Assembly: GCA_051047955.1 (NCBI GenBank)
Contig: JBPGPT010000046.1
Coordinates: 62,001 to 97,398 of the forward strand
Source of the DNA: Cystobasidiomycetes sp. EMM_F5
Lineage: Eukaryota
Length of the DNA: 35,398 nt
Direction of reading: 5' to 3'
Below, piece after piece: positions 11,609 through 24,117 of this stretch. Under the pieces are notes generated by a model that was given only the letters and a program-made list of their open reading frames with translations, was not told the origin of the DNA and did no database searches. Position numbers and translations under genes: made by a program. The first letter of the stretch is position 1, and the number at the start of each line of letters is the position of its first letter.

Positions 11609-14600
11609 ATGTCGCACACTCGCGGCGTCTCGTCGTCGGCAGCCTCGTCACGCCCAGAGTCACCAGTGCCGTCGAGTGCGACCACTGCCAGCTCGTCGCT
11701 CTTTCTCGAGGGACCGCCCAGGCCTCGCCAGAAGCGGAGCAGCCGGGCATTTGCGACTCAGTGTGGTGGGCAATGATATTTACAATGTGCTGCTGGCAGA
11801 GGCTGAAGTCGCATTGCGCCCACTCCGCTTGTCCCGTCCTCATCAGCCTCCGTCGAAAACCCCGACCCCCAGCATGCAGACCAGTGGAATGCATCCAGTG
11901 TGCCCATATATCAGTCTGCTACCTTTAAGGGTGGTCCCGGGGGACAGTATGATTGTGATTGTCCAGTTTCCTCCTGTAATGGTCTCACCCGGGTCATCGG
12001 CTGACTAGGACAATCTCGGATGATGCAGATACTCGCTCAGGAAACCCCACAAGAAGCTTTCTCCGTGGGTAGAGGTTAACTTTGAGCAGAGCCGTATTCA
12101 TTAAAGTTGACTCCCGCCATGTTCCCAGAACACCACATTGCAAAGATTGCAAATGCAAGACATGCTTTCGTCGTCACATCAGGTATGGGCGCACTCGATG
12201 TCGTATTCAGACATCTCAAGCCAGGCGATGAGATAATTGCAGGTGTGTACGGCAGGTATCTTGTAGCTGGTGCCGAGATTGACCATGTACATTCAGGCAA
12301 CGATTTGTACGGCGGATCCAATCGACTTCTTACGTTTCTCAAGTCTTCTGGTGGATTTGCAGTACACCATATCGATACGACCAAGCCAGAGCTCCTCCTA
12401 CCGTACTTGACGAAACCAAACAGCAAAGTACGATGGGTCCTGCTAGAATCGCCGACAAACCCCCTCTTGCAGATTGTGGATATAGAGACCATCTCCAAGA
12501 TGGTACACGATCATATCCCCGAAGCAGTCGTCATTGTCGATAACACCATGATGAGTCCGTTCCTCCAACGTCCCCTCGAACTCGGTGCGGATATCGTGTA
12601 TGACTCGGCGACAAAGTATCTGAGTGGACACCACGATGTAATGGCGGGTGCCATCTACTGTGATCGCGATGATCTTGCAAAGGTGGGCCGATCCATATGG
12701 CAACCGAGTTCTAGTGATGCTGACATTCTCACAGAACATGGCTTTCACTATCAACAGCATCGGTAACGGCTTGTCGCCATTCGATTCCTTCTTGTTACTA
12801 CGCGGCATCAAGACTATGGCTATCCGACTGGAGCGACAGCAAGCTACCGCCTGTCTTGTAGCTGCATACCTCCACAATCTCGGCTTCAAGGTCAACTTTC
12901 CGTCGCTCGCGGATCATCCTGGAAAAGCCATCCACGACCGTATTGCAAAGGGACCTGGAGCTGTTCTTTCATTCGAGACGGAGGATATCGAAATGTCGGA
13001 ACGTATAGTTGGAGCTACCCGATTATGGGGCATCTCCGTCTCTTTCGGCGCAGTCAACAGTCTCATCAGCATGCCGTGCTTGATGTCACACGCCTCTATC
13101 GATCCCAAAGTCAGAAAGGAACGAAATCTGCCAGAACATCTCATCAGATTGTGTGTCGGTATTGAGGATCCGGATGATTTGCTGGACGATCTTGAAGCAG
13201 CTCTGCTCTCGGCCGGAGCGGTGCGCGTGGTCAACGACACGGATATTCATGGCGCTCTCCGTCTGGAACGTGTGCGCCCGCTACCTGATCTTGCAGGCCT
13301 CAGTCTAGCAGAGACTGCATCATCGCAAATCGAAAGCAAGACTGTACCGGACCTTATCACTTCAGCGCCAGGCAAAGTCATCCTGTTTGGCGAGCATGCA
13401 GTCGTCCATGGAGTGGTGAGCGGTTTCAGCAGTCTGGCGGAAAATGTAATTGCTGAACAAACGATTTGATAGACTGCGATTGCCGCCGCGCTGGATTTAC
13501 GCTGCTACTGCCATTCAGCTCAACGAGCCGACGATAAGGTCTCCCTTGTCCTCTCTGACTTCAATATCGACCGGACTTGGAATATTGCAGATCTGCCGTT
13601 CCCTACTGCCTCGAGTGACGAGACTGCTGATGTCGAGAATGATACTCTTCCAAACTCTACTCTATCGCCCGACCCGGCACTTCTAGCAAGACTTGCAGAT
13701 GATCTTAAGCTAGCGGGCGGGCACCCAGAAAGCAGTAAAGCAGCCAATGCTGCTGTACTCGCGTTCTTGTACCTCTACGTCCGTCTATCGGGTCAAAGTA
13801 AAAGAACAGCAAGGACTTTTACGGTTCGATCTGCTCTACCTGTTGGAGCGGGCTTGGGATCATCTGCTGCCTACTCTGTTACGATTGCGTCTAGTCTACT
13901 TTACTTGAATGGCCAACTATCGCTTCCTTCTGCAGCTGTGACGCAGGCAATTGATATCAAGGAAGCGGAAGCGCATCTCGTCAACTCGTGGGCGTTTGTC
14001 GGTGAACGTATACTTCATGGCAATCCGAGTGGACTAGACAATAGCGTAGCAACACTCGGCGGTGCAATCGTGTTCAAGCGATCGCAGTTTGTCGGCGAGC
14101 CTCCCTCGTTGCGGTCGCTGCACAGGTGAGTGAAACTCGCATTGTGCCCGACGCTGAGTGGATGGAGTGCTGATTGTGTTTTGCGACTGTCTTGTGCAGT
14201 TGCCGGTCTATGCGATTCCTCCTTACCAATACAAAAGTGCCGAGAGATACAAAAACGCTGGTAGCAGCAGTCAGCAAGCGAAAAGAGATGGATCCAGACT
14301 ACATTAATGGCTTGTTGCAAGAAGTGCAGCAGATTAGCAATCAGGCGATCGTCACTCTAGACGGCGATAGTGGTGCCGCCCCTGTGGAGCAGATAAGACG
14401 ATTGGAAGGGCTGATAGACCGGAATCACGCAATACTTAACGAACTCGGCGTTGGCCACCCGGCTCTCGAAGCAATCAAGGCGAAAGCTGGCCAAGCGCCG
14501 TACAATCTACACACTAAATTGACAGGAGCGGGTGGCGGTGGATGTGCAGTCACGATAGTCCCAGACGATGTCTCGGAGGACAAGTTGCAGTCGCTCAAAG

Positions 14601-14827
14601 CTGAAATGCATGCAGATGGCTTTGCGTGCTACGAGACTGCAGTAGGTGGACGTGGTTTTGGCGTGCTCGCTCTGCCTGCAGCGAGAAGGGAGGAACAGAG
14701 AATGGTGCAGGAAGCTGAAGGTGGTGCAGAGGCATTACTTCAGCCTCTGCATGTCGCTCTGCAGTCTGCCTTGGCGGATGATTTGGATGGTCTGGTGCGA
14801 GGGTTAGGACAATGGGCGTATGTGTAG
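11609..14827 (+). CDS. STR3-ERG12: Cystathionine beta-lyase / mevalonate kinase fusion protein
   Basis: The N-terminal half has Cys/Met-metabolism PLP-enzyme motifs SVPIYQSATFK, YTRSGNPTR, LLESPTNP, DSATKYLSGHHD (PLP lysine) and LIRLCVGIED. The C-terminal half has mevalonate kinase motifs SAPGKVILFGEHAVVHG, LPVGAGLGSSAA, HGNPSGLDN and KLTGAGGGGC. The junction lies inside one uninterrupted exon. Introns are at about 11766-11846, 11955-12028, 12066-12128, 12243-12296, 12683-12734, 13415-13471 and 14126-14199. Confidence 0.93.
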
Positions 14828-15237
14828 CATGGATTGATTTTGGATGATAGAGAAGGACAGCCTCGTGTGATCCTCGTGTGATGTAGCTCGACTCTCTAAA
14901 ATTGGCCGATTTACAGGTTTGCATGTTTTGTAAGCGGAGACCCGGAAAAAGCAAAGCGGTCCAAGCGCAGATGCGACTGGCTCCAGATCTGCAACTGGCG
15001 GACATGCAAAACATGCAGCTGACTGTGCAGACCTGAAGACAAGCAGCATTAAGAAGCCTCTCCGCACACCTTAGCTACACCCAGTCGCCATCTACTCCAC
15101 TCTGGGGAACGGCAAGCGGCAGTCCTGCGCCAGCATTACGAGGCGGCTATCGAGGCCACACGGTAAAGTGCAGGCCCCAAGCAAAACATCCGCAATCAGA
15201 ATATTTGTCAAAGTAAATCTGCGCGGTGAACGGCTGG

Positions 15238-18200
15238 ATGGCCGTCGACGAGCCAACGCCAGACGTCAGCGTTCTGGCAGAGGTCGGCGAAGAGGGAGAC
15301 TTTGACAACGACGACGCTGGATACTCGACTACGGATGGGCATTTAAACGGCGACGACGAGCACTCGGACAAGAAGCAGAACCGCGACAAGAAGCGGAGGG
15401 CGTTTAAAGCTTGTGCGTCGGACGCTCGAGATTTCGGACAGAAGGGTCGCGATGGCAGTGGCTGACATTTGATTTGGCTTGACAGGCGCTCATTGTGTGC
15501 GTGTACTGACTTGCAGTGTGTAGATACGTCGCTGATTTTCCTGCTCAATATTGTCGGCTTCGTTTACAGCGGCAAAGAAAGGCCAAGTGCGATCTGGGTA
15601 GGTATCTAGCAGCATGGGAATACTTGCGCAGTGCTCATGAAACGTATACAGGTGATCTGAACAGTCCTCGAGAACCACCATGCGCTAGATGTCTGAGAGA
15701 GGGCATCTCCTGCACCTTCTTGCCGTCCAGACGAGGCGGTCGGGTACCTGTATGTGCTATGATGTTGGGCGCCTAACACGTGCAAGAATGGCTAACTATC
15801 TCATCGTGCTCGCATGCTCTAGTTTGCTGCCAGAAAAGCTGCAGAAGAGGCCTCCGCTGGAAGCCGAGCAGGATCGACAACTGCTGAAGACCACAATCCC
15901 AACCTTATTTCACCAAAGATCGAAGAAAACCCGACGACCGCAATCGCCGTGTCTTCTGCTGCACATCAGACAACGGGCATCGCTCCACTACGAACCTTCA
16001 GTTTGCCGAGTACAGTCAACATCGATACAGGCCCGTCTCTTTCAACTTCCTTCTCGCCGAGTCTCCTCACTACGCGCCTATCGACGATACCGGAATTCCC
16101 TCAATCCGCCTTGGTCAGTTATGAAATGGATGTCGTAGCTATTCTGCTGACGTATCGTTTATATCAATTAGACATTTCCGTATCGTGCTACAGAGAATAG
16201 CGACACCTCTGCACCCTTCTCAGCTTTGCCGAGGATCGAAAGTCAGAGCGCAATGATGCCCTGGCATACCTCTCCTGCAAATCAGCAGCAGCAGCAGCTT
16301 CTCAACAGCGCCGGCAATCCTTCACCACCGCTCAACACGTCTCAGTCGCTCGGCAGCATGTCTGACAATAGACAGTCTCAAAGCTTTGCGGGCGTCTTCT
16401 CGACGGGTGATGCAACGACTCTATTCAACACTAGTCCAATGCAGAATCAGGCTCCGCAGCAGCAGCAACAACAGCAACAGCAGCAACACTCCTTTCAGCA
16501 GCCATCGCAGCAGCAGCCGTATCAACAGCAGTTAGACCAAATGATGCAACAATATCATCCATCATTCTCCCAGCCCCAACAGCAGAAACAGCCGCAACAG
16601 CAACTATCGCAACAGCAGCAGTCGCAAGCTGGGCGTCAGTCTCAGTCTCGCCCCCAGCAGAACAAGCGTAAAGCGAGTAGTCCGAAAGCCAGTGGCTCGC
16701 AGCCTCGAAGAGTGGCATCTGGTATCTCTGCGTCAGGTACGCCAATCTCCTCCATGTCGACCTCTCTTCCCGGACAGAGCCATACATCTGCCATATCCAA
16801 CTCGAACCAATCTGGTACAGCTCCGCATACGTCCATAGTGTCCCCTAGCGGAGACTCGCATTCCTCCTATGATTCTTCTCACCGAAAACACAAGCACAGG
16901 CATGGCAATGCTGACGAAAATCGCATCGTCGACCCAGACGAGCTAGCGTCAGCCAAGTTGCGAAATCCTGTTGACGCTCTGAATTTACTTGTGCTGGCTG
17001 CCGACTCGAGGAAGGAGAAGGGGCAAAGCGGAACGACTCCTGAAGGCTATGGCGATGGCGAAAATGCGACAATGCGAGAGGGCGACGAGCCGAACAAAAC
17101 TAAGAACGGAGTGAGATTTCGTTCGGCAAGCGCCTCTTCTGCTGCACCCTTTGTGCTAGCAGATTTTCCGCTCGTCCAACGAGGAGTCATTTCTACGCTC
17201 GAACTCATATACTTTGTAAACCTCTTCTTTGCTAAAATACACCACATCTTTCCTATCGTGCCGCAACACCGTATCCCGACAACAGAGGCCGAGTTGACGG
17301 CTTTTGCAAGAGGTAGATGCGCCAGCGGCACCTCGCTGCACCATATGATGCTGATTGCAATGCCTCCTAGACGAACTACATCTCACGACTGTCTTCATTC
17401 TTATTGCGAGTCGCCTAGACCAAGGTGGCCAACGGCAGATGCAAATACACGATAAGACGTGGACTTACATGCGCGAACTCATCAACGAGCTCGTATTCGG
17501 CAAAGACGCAAGCGTAGGCGCAGTTGAGGCACTGTTGCTACTATCGGAGAATCCGCCAAGGGAGCTCGCAGGCGTCGGTAGCCATAAGGATGACTACGCT
17601 GAGGAGGTACGTTGATATAGCTCTCGTAATTGCGTTATGTCTGATAATCTTACGGATTTGCGTCTCCAGAATCGCATGAGCTGGATGATAGTCGGCACCG
17701 CCGTTCGCTTGGGATGTGGGTTGCATCCGCAATACGGATTGTCTCTCCAGCTGACTTAACGGATTTACAGACATGCTGGCTCTAGATCAGACCTCCATCT
17801 ACCCTAGTACGCCTAACCTACCTCAGTCTGCAGAAGGCAAAGCTGCGATGGAAAAACAAGATCGAGAACGGATAGCGTGGACGTACTGCTATCTCTTTGA
17901 CCGTCAGGTGTCTATCCGAACAGGCAAAGCCTTTTGGTCTCGAGGCCCTGGGCTGTGCTTTACGGGCTTCGGACCCGAAAGTTTTCCATCAATGCGTGCT
18001 ATTCCCGGGATGCAAGACGATTTTGCTTCCCTTATATCTGCATACGTCGAAGTTACCCAGGTCATGTCTAATGCTCACGATATTTTGGTTAGTGCTGTCC
18101 ATATTGCCTTTGATCGAGGCTGACAGTACTTCAATCAGTACCCAAGTAAAGATCGTACGATCGCTCTGGTCCGGGTCGGAGAGTACTACAAGTACATTGA

Positions 18201-19428
18201 CGAGTTTACCAGAACTTTGGTGCGACATGACCGCCCGTTTGATAAAAACCGAGGCCTGACGAATCCTTTGCAGAACAATTTCCGTTACACCTGGGAAGCG
18301 AAGAAGTGGGAAATCTTTCCGCTAACGGAATGTGTTTGGATAACTTTTGTAAGCTACCAGTCCTCTTGCATGGGCCCAGCGTTACTGACGTCTGACGTAC
18401 AATAAGCATTATGTCCGCCTGTATATATACGCATTCGCCTTCCAGGCCCACTTGCAACGCGTGACAGACGACTCTTCCGGATCATCGCACGCTGTGCCTG
18501 CGAAGGTCCTATTCCCTCGCGGACCGATGGGATCGCCTGATGCCAAGTTCATCTTGGAAGCCATCGATGCTGCCGCGGATCTGCTCAGAATTTGCGTAGA
18601 TCGTCTACACCCTCAAGGTGTTTTGCAATATCTTCCTTGGCGCTTCTTCTTGTTTTTCGCCTATGCGGGCGTCTTCCTGCTGAAAGCTGTATTCATTAAT
18701 GCTGTTGCGCCACTGGACCGTAAGACAATTGTCCGCTTGCTAAAGCGGCTCATAGTTTGTCTAGCATGCGCAAGCAAGGACGTAAGTTGTCATCCTACAT
18801 CGGTATAGTTGTCATTTCTGAGGTCTGTTGGCCAAATTAACAGGAACATCACCATGCAGTGCGATACGCCCGACTACTAAATACTCTCTTGAGGACTTTT
18901 TCACGAGGAAGAGACGGAGTAGGTACCGGCGCGGGCACGCCGACTAAACATAGTCCTTTGGAGTCCCCAATTCCCATGCACGACGACACCTGGCCCGTCA
19001 GTCGTCCAGCCTCTCCAGTTGCCCGGACGAAAGAAGCACCAGCACCTACAAGTACCTTGAACAAAAACGTCTTTTTGGGCTTGAGTGGTAGCAATCAGCT
19101 CAGCTCTTCGGAAGGGTATCTGAATGAAAATTCCGTCCCGCCGCTGTTTGATTTTGGCTCGTTGCAGCCACCCCTGAGCGGCGGACAGCTTCTCGCTGAC
19201 TCTTTCATTGGCAACACCGCACAAGAGGAGCGGACTGCGGCAGATCTGCTTGCAGATTTCGACTTGGATTTGGACATCAAGTTCCCGCCAGTGGAATCTG
19301 CCAACGTCCCGCTCGACGCGTATAATAACCTTTTGGACGATACGACGCTCAGTTTCTGGGCAGCCTTGTCAAACAACCAGGGTGACTGGGGAGCCAATAA
19401 CAATGTGGGCGGGATGTCTGGGTTCTGA
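15238..19428 (+). CDS. Zn(II)2Cys6 transcription factor, Aro80-like
   Basis: The spliced cluster RRAFKACAHCRQRKAKCDLGDLNSPREPPCARCLREGISCTF matches the Aro80-type KCDLG..PPCARC pattern. It is followed by a polyQ region, a fungal TF middle homology region (VEALLLLSE, SWMIVGTAVRLG, WTYCYLFDRQVSIRTGK) and an acidic C-terminal tail. Confidence 0.88.
16283..16620 (+). repeat. CAG/CAA polyglutamine-rich coding repeats
   Basis: Several imperfect CAG/CAA runs encode Q tracts (e.g. QQQQQQQQQQ near 16457-16486) inside the TF. Confidence 0.85.
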
Positions 19429-19502
19429 TTCGAGTCTATAATTAGTCGCGCTTTCGAATGATTGATAATTTGCACGCGATCGCAGTCAACAATGTCGTTG
19501 TT

Positions 19503-19538
19503 CAAGTACAAGTACTTGTTCAAGCACAAGTACAAGCA
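19503..19538. repeat. Short hexamer tandem repeat CAAG(T/C)A between convergent genes
   Basis: The sequence is CAAGTA CAAGTA CTTGTT CAAGCA CAAGTA CAAGCA, and it contains the palindrome ACAAGTACTTGT. Confidence 0.6.
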
Positions 19539-19610
19539 GTTCCGAGGAGATTGTATCATGGTCGGCTCTCATACGTAGATACTATGAAGACTACTGATCT
19601 TCAGACGAGC

Positions 19611-22050
19611 TCAAGCTAGGACGCTTTCAATGCCCTCCAGTAACTTGGCAACGCCGTGGGCGCCTGGATCCGGCACATCTGCCTTTTTCAAGTCGTCTTG
19701 TCCAACGTACGCCGCCCGCCCAGCTTTCGCAACGAGCTTTCTCGTCTCATCTGCAGCCTCGACAGCCGCTTTTACGGCTGCCCTGAGGTCAGCCCCCTTT
19801 GATTGTGTGAAAGCGCTTGTGAAGGCTTCGAGCGGGTCGACCAGTGTTCTGCTTGGTCGACGTGCGGCTGTGTACTGGTACAAGGCGGTCAAGGCGTAGT
19901 CCAGCGCAGCGGCATATACGGCGGACGTTGCCTTGTCGCTTTGTTGTTTGCTGGCAGCGTTACCGACTCCAGCAGCTAGAGCATTTGACCAGACTGAAGA
20001 TCCAGAAAGGCGATCAGACACGTCATCGGGCTCTTTGTCAAGCGAACCTACTGTTATAAATCGCTCCGGATGTGCCGTCACCATCTTTTTCGATCTATGG
20101 GTGATGCGCTGCATATCAGCAGGATGTCCACGACAATACAGACCCTTTGCTTACCACAGCAGCGATGTTCAAGAGAGCAGTCGGCACGTCCGATTTGTCG
20201 ATTTTACCTTCCTTGAAGGCGTTGAGCACGCCTTCGGCCATAGCCTTCAAGCATAACCCGCAATCACCATCGCCTGCGATTGTATCGTATCTCGTAATTT
20301 CTGGCTCGGCCGCGATGACTTTCTCGCAGCCGGCAGTGATGGCCTTTTCGAATAGCTCGAAGTCGATGTCTGAAGAAGCACATTGACATAAGCACAAAAC
20401 CACCTCTCTCAGCTGTCACCGTATGTCCAGCTTACGAGCAACAGGAGAAGCACCGGACTTGATGGCGGCAGCTTCTGCAGGTAGACCAGAGGTTTCCGGC
20501 ACGCCGGGTTCGGTATTGACCATGAATTTCCATCCTGGCGCGGATGCCGAAGCGTCAAGCAATTCCAGAATCCGCTTGGACGTATATTTTTCTCCATCTC
20601 GCGGCAACAGAAGGGTAGTGAGAGAGAACCCTGGCAAGTTCAGCGAAGTCTGCAGCAAACTTCAGCATTGTGCAAGAATAGTACTAAGATCATTAGTTTT
20701 ACCATGACACTACCGATAATGATACGCTTGACTGTAATCTTGCCGTCCGTCAACGTCTGAACGGCATCGTTGGCGATAGCTGTCATTTCAAGCTCGCTGA
20801 TACCGCCACTGCAACGCTTGTTAGCTTGGTATACGGCTTATTACCTCGTGTCGTACATACAGATTGTTGACAAGCAGGACAACTTCGTCCTTGCCATCAT
20901 GCTTAAATGGCACGAAAGCTCGTTCCGAATCCGTAGTATCAGTGACCATTTTAAGCATCTTCGCAATAAGCTCTTTCGAGCGAGGCAAATCTGTCTTTTC
21001 GATCCCGGCCTCGTTGTGGATGCCCATGCCAATCTCAATCTGAGACTCTGTAAGATGCGCATCTGCCTTGCCCGTGCCCGGAATCTTCAAAAGTCGCAAG
21101 AAATGTCAAGTGATTGCAGGCCAACGGTAAGGACTGCTGACGGACGTACATGACAGTGCTCTAGCCCGGCGCCAATGGTACCGATCTGGGAAGCTACATA
21201 TTCCGCAATTGCATGCACGTCCTCGATGTCGGCGCCTTGGTCTGCTAGTGCACTAGCGATCTTGTAGACAAGTACAGTACCAGCTAGACCTCTTCGTCCG
21301 ACAAGTGCACCTTGCTTGCGCGGCACTGCTACATCGTCTCCAACCTGTGTGCCGTGGTTTCGTGCGTTAGCTTTGTTCTTCACGGTCAACATCCGTGCTC
21401 ACGATTGTCATTCGGACTGGGTGTGTCGGGTTGACCGCAAGAGACTGTTCTTTTGCAAGGCCCTGTCGGATCGCTGCCACTCGTCAGCTCACGTATCGCA
21501 ACGCATGGCAGAACTTTAGAAGAACGTACGAACAGCAGGACATCTCCGGTATACCGCTTAACAACGAAAAGCGTCCTAAGCGGCGGGAGGTCAGTGGTCA
21601 TTGCGTGTGTCCGAACTGATAGCGTGACAAACCCTTTCTTATTCTTGACGAGGTCCACAGCTCTTCGTACTTGACCCACATTTGGCGAGGCAAAGATGTT
21701 GCCGCATACTGCTGCGGTCAGTAGACCATCTCCGACAAAGCCGGCATGTGCAGGCTACTCGGTAAGGGTCAGAAGGACAGAATGCAGGCAAGATATTTGG
21801 TATCTGTATATTGGAATGTACCTCGTGACCACTCCCTCCGCCGGAAATCTGCGCGTAATATTAGGCTGGAAGCAACTTTTCAGGAGCTTTTCATACCCAC
21901 CAATGCGACCTGGTTCTGCGGAACATCCTTTCGGTACACTACGCGGAAGTTGTCGTCCAGGCGAATGTTTGCGTTCAGTCTTACGAGACCAGCTAGAGAT
22001 TCGTTTACGAGATTGCGGGGTTCATTCGTAACATGCTTGTTGAAGGCCAT
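19611..22050 (-). CDS. DAK1: Dihydroxyacetone kinase (Dak1 + Dak2 domains)
   Basis: Spliced motifs include ISGGGSGHEPAHAGFVG, GNIFASP, YTGD, VGRRGLAGTVLVYK, EIGMGIHNE (catalytic His), DTIAGDGDCG, GTSGAIY, GRAAYVG and PDPGA. The gene has many short introns. Confidence 0.93.
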
Positions 22051-22643
22051 GGTAGTATGCGGACGAATATACCGTAGAAAGGCGAGCGGTCCGCCTTGTG
22101 CAGAGCAGCTTCTCTCCAGCTAGGACGGCCTGCGTAGAATTGCCGCTGGTACAAACCGAGGCACGTGACCTTTGGCCTCGCTAACCGCTTCCCATGAGTA
22201 ACAGCTTTGACATTTCGAGGCTGAGTAGCGAGGCTGGCTCTGATGGACTTGGTAAGCAGCCTGTGTTTAATGAATGTCGCATGTAGATGCTGGAGCTCTC
22301 GTTCTGGTCTTTCGAATTTGAATTATATTTCCGGGCGTCATGGAGCGGGCGATAGAGACACGAAAGCTTGTATGTTTATCGAGTCCGGCTTTCGCAACTT
22401 TCGACGCAGATCTGGCAGCAGTCCCACCAGTTGAGATCAACACGCAGTCAGCTGACTGCAGGCTTTGCTCTGCTCGTTTACGCAAAAGCTCGGCCATTCG
22501 GCGTCTCGATAACGGCCACACCTCAACCAATTTTGGCGAGGTCGTCATTCAGACGTCCAACAAGATCCAGCTTCAGTCCAGGACCCTTGCAGACGCTGCA
22601 CGACAGACTGTTCTCTGTTACGTACACTCCTTGAGGATCAACC

Positions 22644-23808
22644 ATGTCGACGTTGTTTGATAACCCGGGAAGATCCGTAACGCTCAAGTTTCGAAAGCTG
22701 GCGAGCTCTCTACGCCAACACCGCCATCGCTTTCTGCAGATGAGCACACACAGTAGCAATCAACATACGAGTCGTTCAGTGCACCGCGTTGCATCTCGTA
22801 CTGTCGAGTCTGACGACAGCGACAATGACTGCATTTACACGACCTATGGACGCGTGCCGCTTGAAATTGTTGACATTATACTGTCGCACCTGCCCAAGCA
22901 TGAACTCACGACATTCTGCTACACAAGCCGCTCGTACTATCATCTAGCAGCGGCACACCTCTATCGCACAGTCTACATCAACTCGCTCGCCCAGCTGCAC
23001 CTCTTTACAAGGACGATGGCGTCTGCTGAACATTCAGGTACTACCGCTTATCGTCCGTTCCGGAGAATACAAGACTGAGATTATGCCACATCTAACAGAA
23101 CGCATTTCCCGTAGTCTACAGAGGACACATACACTCGTTATACATGGTCCGCGAGCAGAGCGGCAGAGTAGGACGCTCGTGAAGGCCATCATGGCCGTGT
23201 CCAGCACTACATCATCCGGGAAAGATCTATTACCTCGACTCAGCCGCTTGGAATTGTTCGACGTAGCTCTCTCTGCCGCACGAAACCTGTCACTCACCAT
23301 TCCATCTGGACGGAAACCATTCCTGCAGAATGTGACTGAGATTTCAGTCGAATTGCCTCTACAGTCCATGGCGCGAGCACCCTGCAGTTTTGCAGAGATG
23401 GGCATGCTCAAGCTGAAGAAAGCCAAGCTCGTGTATGCGATAGGCTATCCATGGTATACTTGGACGTCCCACCTGCTAAGCGGACAACCAGATCTCTCAT
23501 ATCTTCGCTTGGAGGTCGGTCGAAACTACGCATACAGTCACTATCCGGAATGGCATGCAGATCACATCGAACAGCGCGAGAGGTATGCTACCCCGCTGGT
23601 TCCTATACTGGTTTCGTTTGCGGAACAAGGCAAGTTCGCAACTCTGGCAGCGATCACAATTGGTTTCGAGGAGGATCAGCAGGCCCTAGCGGAAGAGGTG
23701 CAAAGGAAGATTGAAATGATGAAGAAGCAGCATCAGATTGGTTTCAAGGTAAAGATTGATGAGGCCGAGGTTTGCAAGAATATCAAGGCTCCCCTGGAGG
23801 TCGCATAA
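22644..23808 (+). CDS. F-box domain protein
   Basis: The F-box-like segment is RVPLEIVDIILSHLPKHELTTFCYTSRSYYHLAAAHLYRTV. Intron 23038-23098 joins ORF 22644 in frame to ORF 23083..23808. Confidence 0.75.
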
Positions 23809-24117
23809 CATGGGGTAGGCAGCAAGCATCAAAAGGTCGTTGGACTACGTTTGACGGAGTGAAGCGCAACATAGACAGCAAGTAGACGCAAATAGAGCAA
23901 GACGGAATTCATCGACCCGGCAGTTGGGAATTATCACAAGCATTAGGCGAGGCTAGATGGCGACAGGACTTAGATGGAGAAAGAGGATGTAGCGATAAAG
24001 ATAGATAGAGCGCTGAGCCAGAGGACTGTGTCCGCTTGCACGTATATGATGCTCGATCGACGTTCTTACCTGCTCACATTCTCGTGTCGGCTTGTCGGTG
24101 CAGCATATGCCGCTCAC

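Noticed and set aside
12648..14827. Treating the lyase and mevalonate kinase as two adjacent genes
   Set aside because: There is no stop, intron or start codon between the domains, and the junction is one continuous reading frame.
14828..15237. CGG triplets upstream of the Zn2Cys6 gene as an autoregulatory site
   Set aside because: The spacing does not match the CCG-N7-CCG Aro80 pattern, and CGG is frequent at this GC content.
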